A stretch of 32,000 bases of DNA, from positions 690,001 through 722,000 of the forward strand of contig NZ_CP026606.1 of the NCBI RefSeq assembly GCF_002945325.1, in the 5' to 3' direction. The translations under genes were made by a program, and so were the position numbers. Origin of the DNA: Methanococcus maripaludis. Lineage in GTDB: Archaea > AGJL01 > Methanococci > Methanococcales > Methanococcaceae. The notes under the pieces are model-generated. The model saw nothing but the letters and a program-made list of their open reading frames with translations, did no database searches and was not told the DNA's origin. Below are positions 17,622 to 27,260 of the stretch, one piece after another. The first letter of the stretch is position 1, and each line of letters starts with the position of its first letter.

Positions 17622-18548
17622 GTGGTTAAAAAAATAACCTTTGAAGAGGTATTAATTCCGATGGAAACTCCAGAATCGATGCATGAAGAATACGTTCAAA
17701 ATTACCTGAAACTTACAAGAGGTACTGGCAAGTTAATGCTTTTTGCAGGCGATCAAAAAATCGAACACTTAAATAACGATTTTTACGGGGAAAATATTTC
17801 AAAAGACGATGCAGATCCAGAACACCTGTTTAAAATTGCTAAAAATTCAAAAATAGGCGGTTTTGCGGTCCAGTTCGGATTGCTATCAAGATACGGTCAG
17901 AACTATAAAGATATAAATTACATTGTAAAATTAAATTCGAAAACAAATCTTGTGGAAACAGACCAAAAAGACCCCGTAAGTCGTGCATTGTTGGATATTA
18001 ACGATATATTAGAATTTAAGAAAAATTCTGGAGTTAATATTGTTGGAGTTGGATATACAATATATCTTGGAAGTGAATACGAATCAGAGATGCTTTCTGA
18101 AGCTTCAAAAATAATTTACGAAGCTCATAAGGGAGGTCTTGTTGTAATTCTCTGGATTTATCCAAGAGGAAAAGCCGTGCAAAATGAAAAAGACCCTGGA
18201 TTGATTGCTGGAGCTACCGGTGTTGCATCATGCTTGGGTGCAGATTTTGTAAAAGTAAACTACCCAAAATCGGAAAATCCTGCAAAATCATTTAAAGAAG
18301 CTGTTATGGCTGCTGGAAGAACTAAAGTTGTATGTGCGGGAGGGTCAAGTACGGATATTGAATCATTTTTAAAACAACTTTACGAACAGATTCACATAAG
18401 CGGAGCGTCAGGAAATGCGACAGGTCGAAATATCCATCAAAAATCGTTATCTGATGCCGTTGCAATGTGCAATGCAATTTATGCAATAACAATTGACGGA
18501 AAAACTGTTTCAGAAGCTTTAAATATATACAGCGAAAGAAAATCTTAA
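17622..18548 (+). CDS. Class I aldolase (archaeal FbaB/DhnA-type fructose-bisphosphate aldolase family)
   Basis: 'KLMLFAGDQKIEHLNNDF', 'LVVILWIYPRGKAV', 'LGADFVKVNYPKS', 'KVVCAGGSSTD', 'ISGASGNATGRNIHQK'. Confidence 0.85.
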   Translation: MVKKITFEEVLIPMETPESMHEEYVQNYLKLTRGTGKLMLFAGDQKIEHLNNDFYGENISKDDADPEHLFKIAKNSKIGGFAVQFGLLSRYGQNYKDINYIVKLNSKTNLVETDQKDPVSRALLDINDILEFKKNSGVNIVGVGYTIYLGSEYESEMLSEASKIIYEAHKGGLVVILWIYPRGKAVQNEKDPGLIAGATGVASCLGADFVKVNYPKSENPAKSFKEAVMAAGRTKVVCAGGSSTDIESFLKQLYEQIHISGASGNATGRNIHQKSLSDAVAMCNAIYAITIDGKTVSEALNIYSERKS

Positions 18549-18559
18549 AAGGTGATATT

Positions 18560-18745
18560 ATGGATATGGAAATGATACTCGGACTTATTGATACCCTTGA
18601 ACAGAAAGGTGTTGGAATTCAGCTGTCTGTTGAAAACCAGAAAACAGTCGAAATTTCAATAAAAAATAAAAATGTAGACATAAATATTGTGGATCCGTCA
18701 AAAATAGGAAAATTGATAAAAGAACTTAATATTAGGACTGATTAA
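18560..18745 (+). CDS. Small hypothetical protein (61 aa)
   Basis: GGTGATATT immediately upstream of ATG; 11 bp after the aldolase stop, same strand. Confidence 0.7.
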   Translation: MDMEMILGLIDTLEQKGVGIQLSVENQKTVEISIKNKNVDINIVDPSKIGKLIKELNIRTD

Positions 18746-20085
18746 TTTTTAACCATTTCTTTTACTATAAAATCTTTCTTTTCTATTGCCATGTCGCATG
18801 TTTTTCTAACTTTTTCCTTCATTTCTTCAAAGTTATCAGGTTTTTGTTCCCCAACTACTTTTTTAACTGGCGTGTATGCAGCTTCCCTGAATTTTGGAAT
18901 TAAAAGTTCTTTTTCGCCATTTTTATCAATTAAATAGCTAACATCTCCCTCTTTAACAACCCCAATTTGTTTAGCACCGGTTTTTTCCATTATCTCTCCG
19001 GCTTTATCTTTTGGAACAATTATCAAAAGGCTGTCAATTGAAACTCCTAAAGGATCGATATTTAATTTTTGAAGCATCTCGAGGACTTTCGGGTTTACGA
19101 GTTCATTAACTTTTTCTTTGTATATCTCAAGCGAAACTTTTGCAGTATTTGTGATCTCGAATGCATCACCCCTTAATCCGCCGTTTGTAACATCAGTCAT
19201 TACGTGGATGTGTTTTAAAAGATCGTTTTCAATCAAATTTTTGCATGATTTTAAAAAATCAACATTTATTGTTTCATTTATTACATCAAACATTCCGTAA
19301 TAGAGCGCAGTAGTAGAGATTGTTCCACCGCCACTTCCTTCAGTCATTAAAATTACATCCCCAACTTCAGCCCTTTTTCTTGCAGTTGGTTCTCCTTTTT
19401 CAATTGTTCCAATTGCACCAACAGCGCTGACCATCCTGTCCCCTAAAACCATGTCCCCGCCAACTCTTAAGGTACTTCCTGCAACAAGCGGTACATTAAT
19501 AGCTTCAGAAACTGCACAGATTCCTGCAGTGTAATCAAATATTTTTGAAACGTCTCCATCGTCTGCAAGGTGAACATCACTTATAACTGCAACTGCATCT
19601 GCACCCATTACGTAAACGTCCCTTAAAGCTGCTCTTGCAACGTGAAATCCTGCAATAAATGGAAAATCACTTAATCTTGAGTGGGTTCCATCAACTGCAA
19701 CTACAACGTGTTCTGCATTCGCACGTACAACTCCTGCATCGTCCTGTTCAGTACTGTCAACTTCAGTGTCCTGATTTGTACTTTCAATAATTCTCGCAAT
19801 TTCGCGGTGAACAAAAAAATCGCCTTCTCCTCGGCTTCCGACACCCATTTTTCCCATCGTAATTCCGGATTCTGGGCAGTCAAGTAGATATTTTAAATTT
19901 TTATCTTCTGATTCACGGTATTTTTCAGTTGTTTTTACTTCTTCGACTACTGCTTCGACAAACCTTCTTGCCCATCCCTCATCAGTGTCTTTAACTTCAA
20001 TCACTTTTTTAAAACCGTCTTCAATAATTTTAGACTCTGAAATTCCCTTTTTCAGACACTTTCTTACGTACCTTTCGATATCCAT
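18742..20085 (-). CDS. AIR synthase-related/HypE-PurM-like protein (COG1973-type)
   Basis: 'DDAGVVRANAEHVVVAVDGTHSRLSDFPFIAGFHVARAALRDVYVMGADAVAVISDVHLADDGD', 'VMTDVTNGGLRGDAFEIT'. Confidence 0.8.
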   Translation of the reverse strand: MDIERYVRKCLKKGISESKIIEDGFKKVIEVKDTDEGWARRFVEAVVEEVKTTEKYRESEDKNLKYLLDCPESGITMGKMGVGSRGEGDFFVHREIARIIESTNQDTEVDSTEQDDAGVVRANAEHVVVAVDGTHSRLSDFPFIAGFHVARAALRDVYVMGADAVAVISDVHLADDGDVSKIFDYTAGICAVSEAINVPLVAGSTLRVGGDMVLGDRMVSAVGAIGTIEKGEPTARKRAEVGDVILMTEGSGGGTISTTALYYGMFDVINETINVDFLKSCKNLIENDLLKHIHVMTDVTNGGLRGDAFEITNTAKVSLEIYKEKVNELVNPKVLEMLQKLNIDPLGVSIDSLLIIVPKDKAGEIMEKTGAKQIGVVKEGDVSYLIDKNGEKELLIPKFREAAYTPVKKVVGEQKPDNFEEMKEKVRKTCDMAIEKKDFIVKEMVKN

Positions 20086-20157
20086 TCTCTCACCGGCCTT
20101 AGAAAAAAATTAAAAATAAAAATAAATAAAATATTCAATAATTAAAAAAATTAAAAA

Positions 20158-20538
20158 TTAGTTTCCGAGTTTTAAAATTGCTTCAGCTAAATCCCCATTA
20201 ACTTCTTCTAATGCTTTTTTAGCTTCTTCTTTTGAAACTCCGCACTGACTTGAAACCATTTCGATGTCTTCTTCGGTTACTTCAACTTTTACTTCGACAT
20301 CTTCGATTTTTTCTTCTTCTTTTGCTACTTTTTTAGCTTTTCCAGTAATTGAATAAGTTTTATTTCCAAGCATGTCCATTACCTGAACTTTTGGCTTTTC
20401 AAAGACCAAGAGTTTGTCTTCAAGTTCGATTGTAACTTTGACAGCTTTTAAATCTTCGGCATCCATTCCGAAATCTTTCATCATTTTCTGCATTTGTTTC
20501 ATCATTCTTGGATTGAACTTTCCTCCGCCAGGAAACAT
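20158..20538 (-). CDS. nac: Nascent polypeptide-associated complex protein (alpha-NAC homologue)
   Basis: 'FPGGGKFNPRMMKQMQKMMKDFGMD', NAC domain, C-terminal UBA 'DIEMVSSQCGVSKEEAKKALEEVNGDLAEAILKL'. Start 20538 preferred over track 20595. Confidence 0.93.
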   Translation of the reverse strand: MFPGGGKFNPRMMKQMQKMMKDFGMDAEDLKAVKVTIELEDKLLVFEKPKVQVMDMLGNKTYSITGKAKKVAKEEEKIEDVEVKVEVTEEDIEMVSSQCGVSKEEAKKALEEVNGDLAEAILKLGN

Positions 20539-20783
20539 GATAAACACCTCATAAATAGTTCGAATATGTTTAGAATAACTATAATTCGATAACATGATAT
20601 AAATACATTAATAAATTAAATCGAAATTACGGTTAATCAAAACCATGATTTATAAATCAGAATATTTTAATTAATTTTCGTTGCTAATCAGAGATTATTT
20701 AGGGTTTTTTACAAAAATTCACTATGCTATTTTTATATAGTACTCTGTCATAATTTTGGTATCTTAATCAGAAGAGGAATAGT

Positions 20784-21866
20784 ATGGATGCAAAACTCAT
20801 GAACATCAATAATAAAGAATTAATTAAGAAATCTATTCAGACAATCCAAAAACTCTCTGAAAAACTGGATGAAGTAAAAATAATGCACGTTTGTGGATCA
20901 CACGAACATACAATCTGTAAATATGGAATAAGAGACGTTTTACCTGATAATATTACAGTAGTTCCAGGACCTGGATGTCCTGTGTGCGTTACAACACAAA
21001 AAGAAATCGATAAAGCAATGTACCTTGCAGAACAGGGCCACACTATTGCAACGTTAGGAGACATGTATAGGGTCCCAGGAAGTAAAAAATCATTAATGCA
21101 ACTTCAATCAGAAGGGGCAGACGTAAAAATCGTTTACGGAATTGGGGATGCGGTAAAACTTGCAAAAAAACAGGATGAAAAGGTAGTATTTGTTGCAATC
21201 GGATTTGAAACTACTGCTCCAACAACTGCCGCAGAATTACTAAACAAACCTGAAAATTTCTACATATTAAATTCACACAGGCAGACCCCTCCAGTAATGG
21301 GATTTTTACTCGGCGGTGGAACTTCACTTAACTTAGATGGATTTATATGTCCTGGCCACGTTTCAACAATTACGGGGTTAAAACCATACTATGACCCTTG
21401 TAAGACGTACCATGCACCAATGGTTGTTGCTGGCTTTGAACCAATTGATGTAATGGCTTCAATCGTGATGATTTTAAAACAGCTCGTAAATGGTGACGCA
21501 AAAGTTGAAAATGAGTACACGAGAGGAGTAAGAGAAGAAGGAAACGTGATTGCTCAAAAAATTATGAATAAAATTTTTGAACCCGCTGATGTTGCATGGA
21601 GAGGCTTTCCAGTCATTAAAGACGGCGGTATGAAATTAAGAGAAGAATTCAAAAAATACGATGTTCATGAAAATATTGATGTTCCAGACATTAAAGAAAC
21701 CATAAACAAAGCCTGTATTTGCAGTGAAATTTTAAGGGGAGAAAAACTTCCGCACGACTGTAAACTCTTTGGAAAAACTTGTGATCCGATGAATCCAGTT
21801 GGAAGCTGCATGGTTTCTGATGAAGGAACTTGCAGAATCTTTTACAAATACAGTAAATTTAGATAA
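20784..21866 (+). CDS. hypD: Hydrogenase formation protein HypD
   Basis: 'VMHVCGSHEHTICKYGIRDVLPDNITVVPGPGCPVC', 'FVAIGFETTAPTTA', 'DGFICPGHVSTITG', C-terminal cysteine motifs; TATA TTTTATATA at ~20730. Confidence 0.97.
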   Translation: MDAKLMNINNKELIKKSIQTIQKLSEKLDEVKIMHVCGSHEHTICKYGIRDVLPDNITVVPGPGCPVCVTTQKEIDKAMYLAEQGHTIATLGDMYRVPGSKKSLMQLQSEGADVKIVYGIGDAVKLAKKQDEKVVFVAIGFETTAPTTAAELLNKPENFYILNSHRQTPPVMGFLLGGGTSLNLDGFICPGHVSTITGLKPYYDPCKTYHAPMVVAGFEPIDVMASIVMILKQLVNGDAKVENEYTRGVREEGNVIAQKIMNKIFEPADVAWRGFPVIKDGGMKLREEFKKYDVHENIDVPDIKETINKACICSEILRGEKLPHDCKLFGKTCDPMNPVGSCMVSDEGTCRIFYKYSKFR

Positions 21867-21891
21867 ATACAATATTCCTTTTTTTTATTTT

Positions 21892-22632
21892 TTACAGTGC
21901 TATTTTTGAAAATATTCCGTATTTTAAAATTAAAATTCCAACCAGAACTGGCTGGTGGATTATATAAATTATTAGCGTATTTTGCCCCAAAATACATATT
22001 TTGTTAAAAAATCTGTTTTTAAAAATTTCAAATGAATGTCTCGAAACTCCATTTTTGTAATATTTTTCTGAAAAGCTCATTCCAAGTAAGTATACTCCAA
22101 ACCACGGAAAAATCGGGAAATAATCAAGCGTGTAAAAGTTAGTTGGAAGTATTCCAAGAGGAAGTAACCAATAGGTATCTAAAACAACTTCGCTAAATAA
22201 AACACCTAGAATCAAAAAAATAACTGAAAAAAACAGATTTAATTTTTTAAAACGGTAAAATATAATTCCCAAAATACCGGATATTGCCAAAAAGTGCATA
22301 ATTCCAAAATATATCGTTCCAGAAGTTAAAAAATAAGCAGTAACCGCAGTTATAACTACTGCAATTACAGAAAGTTTTAAAAAACGATCAAGGTAAGATT
22401 TGTAAGTTAAATTTTGAGAAGCAACTTTTTTTGAAAAACTGACATTAAAAGAAACCCCTGAAATAAATACAAAACTGGATGCTACAAAAAGAGCGAAAAA
22501 ACTCCAAAATAAAAGATATTCAGAGTATCCTAAAAAATATTTTAAATCAGTTACAAAATTTGAAATAACCATCAGTATTATTGCAAGTCCCCTGAAAAAA
22601 TCAATCTCCAAAAATCGGCCGGTTTTCTGCAT
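21892..22632 (-). CDS. DUF1624/heparan-alpha-glucosaminide N-acetyltransferase-like membrane protein
   Basis: 'RFLEIDFFRGLAIILMVISNFVTDL', 'FVASSFVFISGVSFNVSF', multiple TM segments. Confidence 0.78.
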   Translation of the reverse strand: MQKTGRFLEIDFFRGLAIILMVISNFVTDLKYFLGYSEYLLFWSFFALFVASSFVFISGVSFNVSFSKKVASQNLTYKSYLDRFLKLSVIAVVITAVTAYFLTSGTIYFGIMHFLAISGILGIIFYRFKKLNLFFSVIFLILGVLFSEVVLDTYWLLPLGILPTNFYTLDYFPIFPWFGVYLLGMSFSEKYYKNGVSRHSFEIFKNRFFNKICILGQNTLIIYIIHQPVLVGILILKYGIFSKIAL

Positions 22633-22669
22633 GCTGCAAACATCCAATTAAATAATTAATAATTAGAAT

Positions 22670-23464
22670 TTAAAGCTCAAGGATATTTGCCCTGAGTTTA
22701 TATGCACTACTGCAGTTCATTTTTTCTTCGTCGAGTATCTTAATATCTTTTAAACTTTTCAAACCCTGTTTTTCGGCAGTTTTTTCAATTCCCATCGTTT
22801 TATCAGTATTTATCTCTAAAACATGTGCTTCGAGTTCTTTTATGTTTGAAAGGCATGCTGCTACCGCCCTGTGGTGGCCATCAACCAAAATGTATTTTTC
22901 ATTTACATTTGTCTTTATAACAATTATCGGTTCAGCGAGTCCCCTTTTTAATTCATAAGCCCTTCCATAAAGTTCATCTTCGTAAACGTTGGCCTGAGTA
23001 GGGATTAAATCATCAATCTGGATAGTTTCCCGTTTTGTAGTTACTTCGTAACCTAAATTTATATATGAATTTACAATTTTTTTGAGCTTTTTTGGAGTGG
23101 TTTTTTCAATTTGCGACCTTATTACATCAGTGTTTGTAATAATTCCAAGGATATTATTGTTTTCATCAACTATTGGAAGTTTTGAAAATCCGGTTCTAAA
23201 CATTATCCTTCCAACATCCATTATTTTAGTGTGGGGCTTTGTAACGATCATGTCATCTCTTGGAGTCATGAATTCACTTACTTCATCCGATTCATCCTTA
23301 CCAATAAGGTCGTGAACTGAAACAATACCCTTAACTTTTGAATTTACCACAACAGGAAATGTATCGTGGGTAGTTTCCTTTACAAGTTTTATTATGTCTG
23401 AAACCGTAGCATCAGGGGTTATAGAATGAACTTTTTTTGTCATGTACTCTTCTGCGTATACCAT
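22670..23464 (-). CDS. CBS-domain pair fused to ParB-like nuclease domain
   Basis: Two CBS motifs in the N-terminal half, then 'IQIDDLIPTQANVYEDELYGRAYELKRGLAEPIIVIKTNVNEKYILVDGHHRAVAA' (ParB-like DGHHR). Confidence 0.87.
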   Translation of the reverse strand: MVYAEEYMTKKVHSITPDATVSDIIKLVKETTHDTFPVVVNSKVKGIVSVHDLIGKDESDEVSEFMTPRDDMIVTKPHTKIMDVGRIMFRTGFSKLPIVDENNNILGIITNTDVIRSQIEKTTPKKLKKIVNSYINLGYEVTTKRETIQIDDLIPTQANVYEDELYGRAYELKRGLAEPIIVIKTNVNEKYILVDGHHRAVAACLSNIKELEAHVLEINTDKTMGIEKTAEKQGLKSLKDIKILDEEKMNCSSAYKLRANILEL

Positions 23465-23469
23465 GATCC

Positions 23470-23700
23470 CTACCTTTTTTTGTAAATTATTTCCCCAGTC
23501 TTTGTATTCACAATCTCCAAAATTCTGTGAAAGGGAATGTGTGTTTCGTCAAAAACAAGAAAAGAGTCTTCAATAACGATATTTTTCAGAGGGACTGATT
23601 TTTCATCGTTTTCTGCGCCCCGGTGTAGATAATTTATAATATAATCCTCAGGATTATAATCAGGATGCCACAATAACTTGTTTATAAGTTCTTTTAGCAT
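23470..23700 (-). CDS. DUF504 family protein
   Basis: 'LLWHPDYNPEDYIINYLHRGAENDEKSVPLKNI...FLVFDETHIPFHRILEI'. Confidence 0.85.
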   Translation of the reverse strand: MLKELINKLLWHPDYNPEDYIINYLHRGAENDEKSVPLKNIVIEDSFLVFDETHIPFHRILEIVNTKTGEIIYKKR

Positions 23701-23709
23701 TATACCAAC

Positions 23710-25170
23710 TTAATCCTGTCCAGCAGGTTCTTCTTCTTCGATACCCATGGTTTCAAATATTTTCGCTTGAATTGCTTCTTCCACGAGTTTTCTCAAAGAC
23801 TGTTTATCTGAAACAGATTGGAAGATACCAAGTTCAACACTCGCTGCTGCGGAAGATTGATGGCCTCCCCCGCCAAACGCGGTTTTCATGATATTTCCGA
23901 CATCTACTCTCAAATCTTTTGTCCTTGAACTTATATGGATTTCATTTTCAGCAATTCCAAAAATATAAGTCGTGCTTATTCCTTCCATTTTAAGCAAAAA
24001 CTCTGCCGCTCTTGGTAGGGCATCTCTATTTTTTAATGTTCCGACATATGAAAGTGCAAGATTTCCTTTTATGATTTTTCTATTCATTATCGCTTTTCCA
24101 AGGATTTCCATGGTTTCTGTATCCATTTCTGGATTTTCGATCATTTCCAAAACTTTTGGATCCATTAAACCCTGTAAATAACTTGCAGCTTCGAAATCTT
24201 TTTTAGACGTTTTTCTCTTGAAATAGTTTGTATCTGAGGTTATCGCATAGTATAATGCAGTTGCCAAATCCCTATTCGGAGTTATATCGAGCCCCAGCAA
24301 ATAATTGGTTAAAATAGTAGCTGTTGCACCGATTTCAGGCATTATATCCATGTACTTTGCAACAATATCGCTGTCATTGTGGTGGTCGATTATTACAGCC
24401 AATTTTGAACCTTCAATATCAATTGGAAGAGTTTTTGCGCTGGATGAATCAACTACTGCAATAGAACAGTACCGAGATAAATTTATATCATCAATCTGGT
24501 TTAATTTTATACTTAATAAGTTTACCATGGCTTTATTTTCATCATAACCTATTTTTCCGCCATAAGCAATCTCAGAATTAACCCCCCATTTATCAAAAAT
24601 AGTTTTCAATGCCATTGCACTTGCCATTGCATCTGGGTCGGGGTTTCTGTGCATCAATATTAAAAAAGGAGCTTTGTGGTTTTCCTGTGTTTCGTCTTCT
24701 TTTTCGGAGTAATGTTCGTTAAAAGACTTTTTAGCGTTATTTGCAACTTCTTTTAATTCAGCTAATTTTCTCCTCAATTTTGATTTTTCTATTTCGTTTA
24801 CCGCATCTTTTGCTGCACTTTCAAGAGGATATATAATTTTATTTATGTCTAAACCGTTGTATAATTCAGGGTATTTTATTATGCCCCTTGCAATGATATA
24901 AGCTTTTGAATTTAGTTCTGAAGTTATTTCTACAATTTTCCTGTTTAATTCGTAATCGTTTGTGAGAACTAAAAGCGTATCTGCCTCTTTTACTTTAGCT
25001 CTTTCTAAAACATCTAATTCGGAAGCATCACCAATTACATAATTGAAATCTCCATTTTCAAGAGATTCGAAAACAGCTTCATTTTTATCTATTACGGTTA
25101 CTTTATCAATATTTTTAGCGTTATTCACAACCTTACGCCCTAAAGAACCATAGCCTATGACTAAAATCAT
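23710..25170 (-). CDS. TrkA-N (RCK) domain fused to DHH-DHHA1 phosphoesterase
   Basis: Rossmann 'ILVIGYGSLGRKVVNNA..VTVIDKNEAVFESLENGDFNYVIGDASELDVLERA', DHH-type 'MHRNPDPDAMASAMAL', 'VDSSSAKTL', 'DHHNDSDIV', and DHHA1 'GNAFGGGGHQSSAAA'-like 'GNIMKTAFGGGGHQSSAA'. Confidence 0.93.
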   Translation of the reverse strand: MILVIGYGSLGRKVVNNAKNIDKVTVIDKNEAVFESLENGDFNYVIGDASELDVLERAKVKEADTLLVLTNDYELNRKIVEITSELNSKAYIIARGIIKYPELYNGLDINKIIYPLESAAKDAVNEIEKSKLRRKLAELKEVANNAKKSFNEHYSEKEDETQENHKAPFLILMHRNPDPDAMASAMALKTIFDKWGVNSEIAYGGKIGYDENKAMVNLLSIKLNQIDDINLSRYCSIAVVDSSSAKTLPIDIEGSKLAVIIDHHNDSDIVAKYMDIMPEIGATATILTNYLLGLDITPNRDLATALYYAITSDTNYFKRKTSKKDFEAASYLQGLMDPKVLEMIENPEMDTETMEILGKAIMNRKIIKGNLALSYVGTLKNRDALPRAAEFLLKMEGISTTYIFGIAENEIHISSRTKDLRVDVGNIMKTAFGGGGHQSSAAASVELGIFQSVSDKQSLRKLVEEAIQAKIFETMGIEEEEPAGQD

Positions 25171-25304
25171 GTTATGCCTCCGAAAGAGAAAATTATTAAG
25201 TTAAGTTAAATTTGAAAATTCCGAATAGTAGTCCATAACTACATTTAACGTAATGAGTATATATTGTTGATGTTTCGTCATTTGTATAAATGCGGTTTAA
25301 TGGA

Positions 25305-27101
25305 CTACATTCCCCAAAATATGTTATTTTCGATCTTCTGTTTCAATTCCATGTATCTTGAAAGAGCTTCTTTTTCATCACCCCTCAATTCATCCTTGAA
25401 TTCGTGGTGTAATTTCCTTGCTTCGGGTTCTGGTACTTCGACATAGAGTATATCGTTTTCTTTTGCATTTCTACCAAGAACTATATTTCCATCGATTGAA
25501 ACAGGAACCTGCATACCAACTTTTGCTTCTTTTATATTTTCCTGCTGGTTGTCCCTCATTTCCTTAACATATCCGAGTTTTTTTCCATCTTCAGACATTA
25601 TAGGACTTCCAATTTTTAAAGTACCATATAATACTTCAACACCACATACTGCAGGCTCTTTCTGTCTAAAGATACAGTTTGGAAGGATTTTAATCATTGC
25701 TGGTTTTGTCAATCTGTTTATTTCATCAGATTTCATTAATTCTTCCATTTCTTTTGTCCATTCTTCGTGTTCTTCGACTAATTTATAGATAATTTTTCCT
25801 TCAAGCAATTTAACGTCTGATTTTTCGATTTCTGCTTTTGCATCGGCCAATACTTTTGTGTTAAATGAAATAATAAGCCCGTTTAAAGGATTCGTTGAAG
25901 CATATGATGAAGCTTCGATAACATCTTTTTTAGAGATGTCCCCAACTTCTGCTTTTTTGATTTTGGCATTTACTTTTCGAAGTTCATTTGCAAGAGCTTC
26001 CAATGAACCCATAGTATCTGCTTTAATGATTATTCCTTCGTCATCTGTTAGAATTGTAAATTCTTCAACTTCTTCAAGAACTTCTTCTTTTGCAGCTTCA
26101 ACCTGATTTTTTGGAACAATTCTTAAAGGGCTTCCTGCAATAACACTATCCAAATCAGGTGCAGATATTTTAACACCTGTTGCCGCAGAAATCTGTTTTG
26201 AAGGCTTGAATTTATCTTTTGGATCCCTCATTTCGTCGAGTTCTTTTGGTTTTAAAAGTGCCTTGATTTTTGATACAAGAACGCCGTCAGGATTTCCAAC
26301 AACTAAAAAATCGCCAGTTTTTGCAATTCCATCGTAAATTATTGCATCAATTGTTTTTCCAAGCCCTTTTTCTTCTTTTAATTCCAAAACTGTACCTTTT
26401 GCATAACCTTCAACGTTTAAAGCCAGTTTTTGTTCTAAAAATCTCTGTGCCAGTCCTGAAATTATAACAAGTAAATCTGGAACTCCTTCGCCAGTCATTG
26501 CAGATACTGGAACCACATTTATCGTTTTTGTAGTATCTTTAACTCTTGAAAACAAATCTGCATCAAATCCAAGTTCATTTAAGTGTTTTATAACATTTTC
26601 ATAGAGCCTTATTTCAAACTCAGTCATTGCATTTGGGTGCTGATTTTTTTCGTTGAAATTTAAAATAAATGGACCTTCGCTTGAATTCCAACCTGGAATC
26701 CTATCCACTTTATTTGCAGCAACTACGAAAGGTGTTTTGCACTGCTTCAAAATATTTATCGCTTCAATTGTTTGAGGTTTAAATCCTTCATTTATATCCA
26801 CAACAAGTATTGCAATGTCTGCTAAAGCACCCCCTCTTTTCCTAAGGGAAGTAAATGCTTCGTGTCCTGGCGTATCTATAACCAAAATTCCAGGAATAGA
26901 TAAATCTGCCTTAAATAATCCTAAAAGGTCCTTTGAAACTTTTTTTATGGTATTTATCGGTATTTCACTTGCACCGATATGTTGAGTGATTCCCCCAGCC
27001 TCTCTCTGAGTAACCCTTGTTCTTCTAATTTTATCTAAAAGGGAAGTTTTTCCGTGATCAACGTGACCGAGAACACTCACAATCGGACATCTTAATGCCA
27101 T
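25305..27101 (-). CDS. infB: Translation initiation factor aIF5B/IF-2
   Basis: G1 'VLGHVDHGKTSLLDKIR', 'REAGGITQHIGA', 'DTPGHEAFTSLRKRG', 'NKVDRIPGW'. No intein visible. Confidence 0.97.
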   Translation of the reverse strand: MALRCPIVSVLGHVDHGKTSLLDKIRRTRVTQREAGGITQHIGASEIPINTIKKVSKDLLGLFKADLSIPGILVIDTPGHEAFTSLRKRGGALADIAILVVDINEGFKPQTIEAINILKQCKTPFVVAANKVDRIPGWNSSEGPFILNFNEKNQHPNAMTEFEIRLYENVIKHLNELGFDADLFSRVKDTTKTINVVPVSAMTGEGVPDLLVIISGLAQRFLEQKLALNVEGYAKGTVLELKEEKGLGKTIDAIIYDGIAKTGDFLVVGNPDGVLVSKIKALLKPKELDEMRDPKDKFKPSKQISAATGVKISAPDLDSVIAGSPLRIVPKNQVEAAKEEVLEEVEEFTILTDDEGIIIKADTMGSLEALANELRKVNAKIKKAEVGDISKKDVIEASSYASTNPLNGLIISFNTKVLADAKAEIEKSDVKLLEGKIIYKLVEEHEEWTKEMEELMKSDEINRLTKPAMIKILPNCIFRQKEPAVCGVEVLYGTLKIGSPIMSEDGKKLGYVKEMRDNQQENIKEAKVGMQVPVSIDGNIVLGRNAKENDILYVEVPEPEARKLHHEFKDELRGDEKEALSRYMELKQKIENNIFWGM

Positions 27102-27260
27102 AAAAATCACCAGTTAATATTAATTTCTAAAATCTGTGTTTCATCCAAGTACAAATTATAAAGTTGATAAAAATCCGAAACAGAAGTTAGTAATCTAAAT
27201 ATTATATAGTTTACTAACAAACTTGAAAATAAAAAATGGTTAAATACTGTTATTTAAAAA

